Both the position numbers and the translations under genes were made by a program. Below are positions 58,142 to 64,000 of a stretch of DNA of 64,000 bases, piece by piece. The stretch spans positions 1-64,000 of IMG/VR virus record IMGVR_UViG_3300000956_000001; one strand, 5' to 3'. The stretch is from a virus. The number at the start of each line of letters is the position of its first letter. Position 1 is the stretch's first letter. The notes under the pieces were generated by a model. The model searched no databases, was not told the DNA's origin, and was given only the letters and a program-made list of their open reading frames with translations.

Positions 58142-58232
58142 AAATTTTTACGAGGGCATGATCAACATAAATCTGGCTATACCATCTGTCACCTCCCGAT
58201 ACACACAAAATTTTTACGAGGGCATGATCAAC
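58142..58232. repeat. 25-bp direct repeat
   Basis: AAATTTTTACGAGGGCATGATCAAC at 58142 and 58208. Confidence 0.85.
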
Positions 58233-58374
58233 TATACCTGTCAAATCTTTGTCCACCTGCCCAGAAGGCGAAACCAGCTCAGCCACCTAGGATTCGCACT
58301 GAAGTACGTAACGCCACGTAATGAGTAACGGAGACGATAGGGGGTATCGGTGACGGTCCCATGATCGTTTGCCA

Positions 58375-58915
58375 CGAAACCTAAATGGCCTGTGACCTGC
58401 ATATATATAGGGTTTAGGGGTTTAGGGGGTTTTAATTTTAAAAATCTAATATACCTAGCTCTGACTTGGTTTTCGTCACTGTCCGTAGACGCTGGGTGGT
58501 GGGGGAGCATCTTGGGGTATAGACCCGTATAAGATGGTTTGCCAATCTGGTTGGGTGTGGGGGCTTATAGGCGAAAAAAACCCCGGAACCCCTAAACCCC
58601 TATTTGATCTATGTTTTCGCAGGTCAAAACCCCTCCCGAAACCTCCGCCGAAACCCCCCCCGAAACCCCCCTATGATCATCTAGACAGCGTCCCCGAAAC
58701 CGATAACGTCCCCGAAACCCCTCGGCAAACGGAAAAAACGGACAGAGCGATGGCCCGGTCCGTGAGATCTGCAGTGTCTCGCGCGGCCGGGCCATCGTCT
58801 GAAATATGTAGTTATCAGGGGTTGTGGGGACGATCCCCGAAACCTACGAAACCTATCCTAGCACTACGGTTTCGGGGATTCGGGGGTTTTGGATTGCGTC
58901 CCCGAAACCCCCGTG
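58375..58915. repeat. Cluster of CCCCGAAACC-like repeats in both orientations (candidate origin iterons)
   Basis: About ten or more CGAAACC/CTAAACC copies around an AT-rich patch (58400-58455), next to the primase/helicase genes. Confidence 0.6.
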
Positions 58916-59640
58916 ATCGTTGCGTTGACGTACTCGGGTACGTCGGGTCGGTAGGTGAGGTGCAGGAACCTGTAGAGTTTCAGGGGGGTATCCAGCTGAA
59001 TATAGGGGGTTGACTCTTGGGTTGGAAGTACTGGACGGTTCGTCTGATGGGTATAGACCGTCCAGGCAAACAAGAGTGGTTCGATCGCTGCGTACTGAGG
59101 AACCGACAGCTTCAGCTGGCTGTAGCGTGCAGTACGGGAGCTAACTGTCGGCTTCAGGCCCATTCTGACCAGGCGAAGCTGGGATGTTTCGTTCTGTGCA
59201 TCACGTCTCGCACGCCTGCAAAGAGGTCCCTTGCAGCCCTGCCTGTAGGTGAGTGACGTGCCATGCGTGCTGCTGTAGTCGGGATCTGCCAGCTCTGAGG
59301 CAATCAGATCCAGAACGATGACGTGTCGTTCTGGAATATAGAACCCCAGTTTCGGTACCCTGACACAGCGTTCGTGTTCTGTGAAACGGATGCTGAGTTC
59401 GTTCGGTGCGAGCTTAAGCGTCCTAGGAAGCCGCTCTGCTTTTCCAAGAGGTGGTTGGATCACGAGCATCTCTCTCAGTGGAATTGATGAAAGACTGACT
59501 TGAGTAGTGACTGGCTTGTGGTTGTGACGCGCGCCAACTGAGTTAAGGTCGAAGTGCGGATTCGCGAGACTCGTGAAGTCAGTCATCTCGTCCATCGTGC
59601 CATACTCGGCCCGGTAGCCCTGCATGCCCTTACTCATCAC
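58864..59640 (-). CDS. Hypothetical protein with HG..Y..GC...C Zn motif
   Basis: THGTSLTYRQGCKGPLCR; GTGA overlap with the helicase gene. Confidence 0.55.
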   Translation of the reverse strand: MMSKGMQGYRAEYGTMDEMTDFTSLANPHFDLNSVGARHNHKPVTTQVSLSSIPLREMLVIQPPLGKAERLPRTLKLAPNELSIRFTEHERCVRVPKLGFYIPERHVIVLDLIASELADPDYSSTHGTSLTYRQGCKGPLCRRARRDAQNETSQLRLVRMGLKPTVSSRTARYSQLKLSVPQYAAIEPLLFAWTVYTHQTNRPVLPTQESTPYIQLDTPLKLYRFLHLTYRPDVPEYVNATITGVSGTQSKTPESPKP

Positions 59641-61613
59641 GCACTCACCGCCACTCCCGGAGCAAGTGTATAGGCAGACGTCGGGCGGCCTCCGTTGGGT
59701 CCGGGCGGCACCTTCATCTCGATCAACATCCCCAAAACTACAAGATTCTCGAGATTTTTGCGGAACTTCCCAATAGAACTGTTTTTGCGCTTCATTACCT
59801 TGTAAAGCTCGTTTGCGGTTGGTCCTCGGCCAGGTCCTGTCATTCTCATCACATGACGCAGAATCAGATCATTCTCGTCCGACTCCTGAGACGCTGCGAT
59901 CTCGGTCTCGACGATTCCGTAGGTCTCAATCACGTGCGGGAACAGGCTGAGAACGCGAATCACGATGTCAGCAGTGATGACGTCGCTGCCTTCGTTAATT
60001 GCGAAGAGCAAGAACAGCTTCTTCATCATCAGATCGAGACGCTGTGTGATCGCTACGTCATTACGCTCACGCTGAGGTACGTACACTTTGTGAAAGAAGG
60101 TGTCCCATGCGTTCTCCCCGAGGCGCTCCCAGGTGACAACTTCGTGTGCGCGCGTCTTCATGTTGATCCCGGTCAGGATACTAGCCGCCCTGTCGAGATC
60201 AATTCGAGTGCGGTTAATGCTGAACGGCTTCTTTGGAGTGCCTGAAACGAATGCCCAGCGGTTGGCAAAGCCGCTATTGTCGTCCCCCTGGGTAATGAGC
60301 GTCCGAATCGACTTGAACTGCGTCGTAGTGATTGCGCTACCGAAGGGGCGCTCCGCACCGATGTTGCCGTGCGTCATCGACGTACTGGACAGCCAGCGCG
60401 GCGAATCGTACAGATCCATCAGTGTGGTCTTGAGTGTTGACCCTTGACGGTTGTTCTTGCCGATCAGGGTCGCAAGTTCCTCAAAGTCGACCAGTGCACG
60501 AATGAATGGCCAGCTACCGATAACCTTACCGGTGCCAGGGTCCACCATATCGTGCTGGAACTGCTTGATGAGTACCTCGCCCGACTGGATGCCGTTAAGA
60601 TACTGAGCACCGAACGGCGGCTGGTCGTCCCGCCTGTAGGGGAGCGCCTCGTGAATCAGGTTCGTCAGGTGTCGCTTCGACTTGGACTTGCCGGTACCGG
60701 TGCCGCCGACGAGGCAGACAAAGAGGTTACCGGCAACCTGAGGACTATCTTCGAGGGTTCGCATCCCCCCAACGGCCAGTCCGAGACCGAGAAGGCCGTT
60801 CCAGAAGTGAAATTCTTCCGGACTGTCATCCACACTTGTGGCGTCGAGATAAGTTCGGAGGAACGTATCCTCTGGAACAATATCCCGCCAGGCGATTCCT
60901 GGGTGCTGTCGGTTGGCGTTGAGGTCATTTGTGAGCTTCAGCTCCTCCGCTTCAGACCCTTCGGCCGTGTAGATGACGTTCTCGTTGTTGCTCTGGTCAG
61001 ATCCGGGCTCCGTGACGGTTGTTACTGCAATTGGCAGCTGTGGCGTCTGAACTACGAACGGATCGCCAGCAATGCCCTTTTCGATCCTAAGACCGAAGAA
61101 GTCGCCAATCGCCTCACGAAGAGCCCTGAAGCTGGCAGGATCGGCCTTATAGCCAGGCACCGGGTAGCCGAACCGCCACGCAGCGATATCCCAGATGTCT
61201 CCACCGCCACACTTGGCACAGTTGAAGACGTTCTTCTCGGTGTTGAGCCAGCAGCTTGGGTCGTGGTCGGGGTGTGCAGGGTTCGGACACCGAACCTTGA
61301 TGCTGTCTTTGCGGCCGCCGGGATTACAGTGGCCCTTGTCGGCCCACTGGTTGTAAGCGTCCACGATGCTGATCATCGCGATAAAGTCGTCCAGAACGCG
61401 CTGCTCTGGACTGATCTGCGAAACCTTGTCTTCTTCTTCGCTCATATCGGGAATGAACTCCCGATACTGAGCCATGAACATGTCGCCCTGCTGAGCTTCA
61501 TATTCTTCATAGCCACGCTTCAAGCGCAGCTTGTACGCAAACGTCGTCTCGCCATCGAGCTGCTGCTGCTCAGCTTCCCATTCGGCGCGGGACTTGTGGT
61601 CCAACCATCCCAC
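59637..61613 (-). CDS. Primase-associated Zn finger plus P-loop helicase-like (DUF3987-type) replication protein
   Basis: CPNPAH...FNCAKCGGGD (CHC2-like), Walker A GGTGTGKS, GFANRW, C-terminal wHTH ending GGRPT..Y. Confidence 0.75.
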   Translation of the reverse strand: MGWLDHKSRAEWEAEQQQLDGETTFAYKLRLKRGYEEYEAQQGDMFMAQYREFIPDMSEEEDKVSQISPEQRVLDDFIAMISIVDAYNQWADKGHCNPGGRKDSIKVRCPNPAHPDHDPSCWLNTEKNVFNCAKCGGGDIWDIAAWRFGYPVPGYKADPASFRALREAIGDFFGLRIEKGIAGDPFVVQTPQLPIAVTTVTEPGSDQSNNENVIYTAEGSEAEELKLTNDLNANRQHPGIAWRDIVPEDTFLRTYLDATSVDDSPEEFHFWNGLLGLGLAVGGMRTLEDSPQVAGNLFVCLVGGTGTGKSKSKRHLTNLIHEALPYRRDDQPPFGAQYLNGIQSGEVLIKQFQHDMVDPGTGKVIGSWPFIRALVDFEELATLIGKNNRQGSTLKTTLMDLYDSPRWLSSTSMTHGNIGAERPFGSAITTTQFKSIRTLITQGDDNSGFANRWAFVSGTPKKPFSINRTRIDLDRAASILTGINMKTRAHEVVTWERLGENAWDTFFHKVYVPQRERNDVAITQRLDLMMKKLFLLFAINEGSDVITADIVIRVLSLFPHVIETYGIVETEIAASQESDENDLILRHVMRMTGPGRGPTANELYKVMKRKNSSIGKFRKNLENLVVLGMLIEMKVPPGPNGGRPTSAYTLAPGVAVSA

Positions 61614-61619
61614 CCATCT

Positions 61620-61850
61620 TCAGTTGTTGGTGCTATTCCTTAGCTCTTCGTACTTTTCAAGTATCTCAGCTAGCGTTTTAACAACTGTACCGTTACGGCT
61701 GTGCTTCTTGCCAGCTCGCTCGTCAAGTATGTCGATGAGCTCTTGTGGGATATCTTCTGGACTCATCTTATCCCCAGGTGATACGAGTGCCCATTGCCCG
61801 GTGGCCGATCTTTTTACGGCCCTTGTGTGGGTTTCGAAGAATGGCGCCAA
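61620..61850 (-). CDS. Hypothetical protein
   Basis: 76 aa; start uncertain. Confidence 0.4.
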   Translation of the reverse strand: MAPFFETHTRAVKRSATGQWALVSPGDKMSPEDIPQELIDILDERAGKKHSRNGTVVKTLAEILEKYEELRNSTNN

Positions 61851-62022
61851 GCAAGATGACTGACTTGATCCGACCGTTGATCTTGCGCGTACTCCAGAGG
61901 AATCGACGGCACGGCTTCTTCTCTTCGGCAGTGCAGATCGGGCAGGCCTTGAAGACCTCCCAGCTTGGCTGCTCGAAGTCTGGTTTATTCTTGTAGCCAG
62001 GGAGTCGTCTAGTTGTTGCCAT
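61768..62022 (-). CDS. Basic Zn-finger-like protein
   Basis: CPIC....PC...H; GAGGA RBS. Confidence 0.5.
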   Translation of the reverse strand: MATTRRLPGYKNKPDFEQPSWEVFKACPICTAEEKKPCRRFLWSTRKINGRIKSVILLGAILRNPHKGRKKIGHRAMGTRITWG

Positions 62023-62028
62023 TCCTCA

Positions 62029-62913
62029 TCACTTCCAGTAATTCGTAGTAGTAAGCGCGTCGAGAGCGTCGCGCGGCGTCAGAGCCTGTGAACCATAGTT
62101 GGTACGAAAGTCGAGGAAGAACGTCGGATCCAGGGGATTCTTGAGGTTCCGACCCAGAGGGAGCCGACAAAGGTTCCCGAAGCCCTTCTTCTCCAAGGCA
62201 ACCTGCTTGGGGAAGACTTCGACCGTCATGCACTGGTAGCTGAGTTCCTCGTCGATGGTTCCGTTGTGAGCGTTGACGATCTTGTGCTTAAAGAAGTTAT
62301 TGCCCCTACTCGGGGCAAAACAGCCGAGATTGTCCAGAATCATCTGTGCGCCATCGCGAACATCTTTGGCTGGCATGAGGCCAGTGAAGCCGTACACATG
62401 CACACCCTTGTTGCCGGTGTACGTGGCAGCAACTGGGATCTCAAGCTCGCGAGATACTGCGCTGGCGAGCTTCTCGGCAAGCATGCGCATCTGCGTCTTG
62501 AGGTACTGCCGCTGAAGTCCCAGACTCCGATTGAGCCAGTCTTCGCGCGGGTTGGTCGGGAAGAAGTTCTTGTACACGCCGTCCGAGTCACAGTCGACCG
62601 GCAGTACCAGCTGTTCGTACGTCTCTGGATGCTGAGGGTCCGGCTTGTCCAGATCGATATCAAAGACGAACAGCTTGCACTGGTCATCCTTGTTGAGCAG
62701 ATAGTGACCGTAAGTTGCATCACTGTTGATATGCGCCAACAGATGCTTCATACCGAAACCACTGTCCGGAGTGATGACTGCCGTTCCGTCCGCAGTCCGA
62801 TCCACGGCTGGCTGGTATGCGCCATCAGCTCGCTGCGTTGCGCGCACATCAGGTCGTGCGATGAAATTCTTAGCGAACAGCTTTGCGATTTCTTTCTGCT
62901 GATCGATGTCCAT
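62029..62913 (-). CDS. Archaeo-eukaryotic primase (AEP / prim-pol) catalytic protein
   Basis: FVFDIDLD, TGNKGVHVY, VEVFPKQ, GNLCRLPLG. Confidence 0.85.
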   Translation of the reverse strand: MDIDQQKEIAKLFAKNFIARPDVRATQRADGAYQPAVDRTADGTAVITPDSGFGMKHLLAHINSDATYGHYLLNKDDQCKLFVFDIDLDKPDPQHPETYEQLVLPVDCDSDGVYKNFFPTNPREDWLNRSLGLQRQYLKTQMRMLAEKLASAVSRELEIPVAATYTGNKGVHVYGFTGLMPAKDVRDGAQMILDNLGCFAPSRGNNFFKHKIVNAHNGTIDEELSYQCMTVEVFPKQVALEKKGFGNLCRLPLGRNLKNPLDPTFFLDFRTNYGSQALTPRDALDALTTTNYWK

Positions 62914-63064
62914 GGATCTCCCAGGTGCATTCCGGAGGTGCCCGAAAAATCGCTACTTCGGACTGGGTTTATCGGGCAATATGGCCGTTGACGTGCGAAA
63001 ACGTCGCGGATCAGTAGGTTACCATGCGTCAATATCCACATGCAACTCTCGGGGTGTTATCGGC

Positions 63065-63093
63065 TGGACAGAACAGAGTTTATGGTGTATAGT
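63065..63093 (+). promoter_or_regulatory. SigA-type rightward promoter
   Basis: TGGACA-N17-TATAGT in the divergent intergenic gap. Confidence 0.55.
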
Positions 63094-63176
63094 GGCCGAT
63101 GACGGAGCAGCCCAGGTGCGACGTCGCTTGGTGCCCACTGCCGACCTCCCCAGGACCCTGCAGAAGCGCGCGCCAC

Positions 63177-63220
63177 GAAACGCCGGTCAACCCTTCCGGA
63201 GGGGGGAAGACCGGCGTTTC
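63177..63220 (+). terminator. Hairpin followed by a T-rich tract
   Basis: 12-bp stem GAAACGCCGGTC / GACCGGCGTTTC then TGTCTTT. Confidence 0.55.
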
Positions 63221-63335
63221 TGTCTTTCAAGCTAGTCGTTAACTACGCGCTTATGTGCGCGCGTCATGTGTTAGCGGTAGCGTTGCCGTCGGGGTAACCT
63301 ATGCCAAAGGTCCCTATAGCCCGTAAAGGCCAACA

Positions 63336-64000
63336 ATGACCGACCTCTGGTTTCGTAATCCACAGTCTTGCCTTTCCGTTCTGGCCGAAGAAGGTATCTC
63401 TAAGATCACTTGGACCAGGCAGCATCTCGGAAGACTCAAGACGGACGGCATCATGCCTGTTCGTCAGTTCTACATGAGTACGCCAGTGCGACCAAGGATC
63501 ATGCTGATCGGTATTCAGGGAAGTTCTGAGTACACCATATGGGATCGCTTTGATAAGCCTACGGCGGTGTATCCTACATGGTCTGGCAAGGAAGACCCAA
63601 TCGAGGACCTGTACGACTTCATTCGGCGTCCGGTGGGCGAGAATGAAGTGATGTGCTCGAATAGGGAGATTCCTTCTAGCATGAGGCCCGTTCTGGGTCA
63701 GCCGCACAGGGTAGTTTTGCATAACTGTCCGTCTAGCGTCTCGGGCGTTGGCAAGCAGTTCTGGCTCCGCATGTCAGGGATCCAGCAGGAGTTTCCGAAT
63801 GTCGAGCTATTTGTCAACGGAAGTAAGTCTTTCAGTACGGTGTTTGGCCTGAGGTTCAAGGCCGGAGATATTGGGCTATCGGATCTCGGTGATTCGAATC
63901 AGCACATCACTCTTCCAAATGGCATGACGATCAAGTTGAACGAAGGAGAGCTTCGAAAGCTATTCCAGTGGGAAGACTGGATCAAGGCGTTGGGCTTTAC
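63336..64000 (+). CDS. Hypothetical protein, 3'-truncated (not in ORF track)
   Basis: ATG at 63336 after AAAGG; MTDLWFRNPQSCLSVLAEEGISKITW... stays open to the window end. Confidence 0.7.
   Translation, partial: MTDLWFRNPQSCLSVLAEEGISKITWTRQHLGRLKTDGIMPVRQFYMSTPVRPRIMLIGIQGSSEYTIWDRFDKPTAVYPTWSGKEDPIEDLYDFIRRPVGENEVMCSNREIPSSMRPVLGQPHRVVLHNCPSSVSGVGKQFWLRMSGIQQEFPNVELFVNGSKSFSTVFGLRFKAGDIGLSDLGDSNQHITLPNGMTIKLNEGELRKLFQWEDWIKALGF

Noticed and set aside
58408-58432. Eukaryotic telomere (TTTAGGG) sequence
   Set aside because: Only two or three degenerate copies, better explained as variants of the local GGTTTCGGGG repeat.
58534-59013. 159-aa Pro/Lys-rich + strand ORF
   Set aside because: It is a by-product of the CCCCGAAACC repeats and overlaps a minus-strand gene.
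63264-63722. 152-aa minus-strand ORF
   Set aside because: It is antisense to the longer + strand ORF starting at 63336.

Overview
This 64 kb window is an internal segment of a large tailed dsDNA phage of a high-GC actinobacterial host. The host assignment is inferred from a WhiB gene, leaderless SigA-type promoters and the lysis gene style; no host chromosomal genes are visible. Layout: (1) 1-10.2 kb, + strand: minor tail/fibre genes and a lysis cassette. (2) 10.2-48.7 kb, - strand: replication, recombination and accessory arm, with a Cas4/RecB-like nuclease, a hidden WhiB gene, DNA methyltransferase, RusA, sliding clamp, DEDDh exonuclease, SNF2 helicase, SSB-like protein, tyrosine recombinase, MoxR AAA+/vWA pair, TerF-like vWA protein, pyrimidine-dimer glycosylase, many micro membrane proteins, two non-canonical tRNA-like elements and a ~1.2 kb structured non-coding region. 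(3) 49.5-56.35 kb, the most striking feature: an unbroken chain of ten long inverted-repeat stems. Each stem has its own private sequence, nine enclose 1-3 small co-oriented genes and one is empty, and nested second-level pairings join neighbouring units. (4) 56.4-58.9 kb: non-coding repeat-rich region with five pseudo-palindromes at an exact 33-bp period and CCCCGAAACC iteron-like repeats. (5) 58.9-62.9 kb: split primase/helicase genes, then a divergent + strand gene running off the window. All functional calls come from motif recognition by eye; no searches were run.
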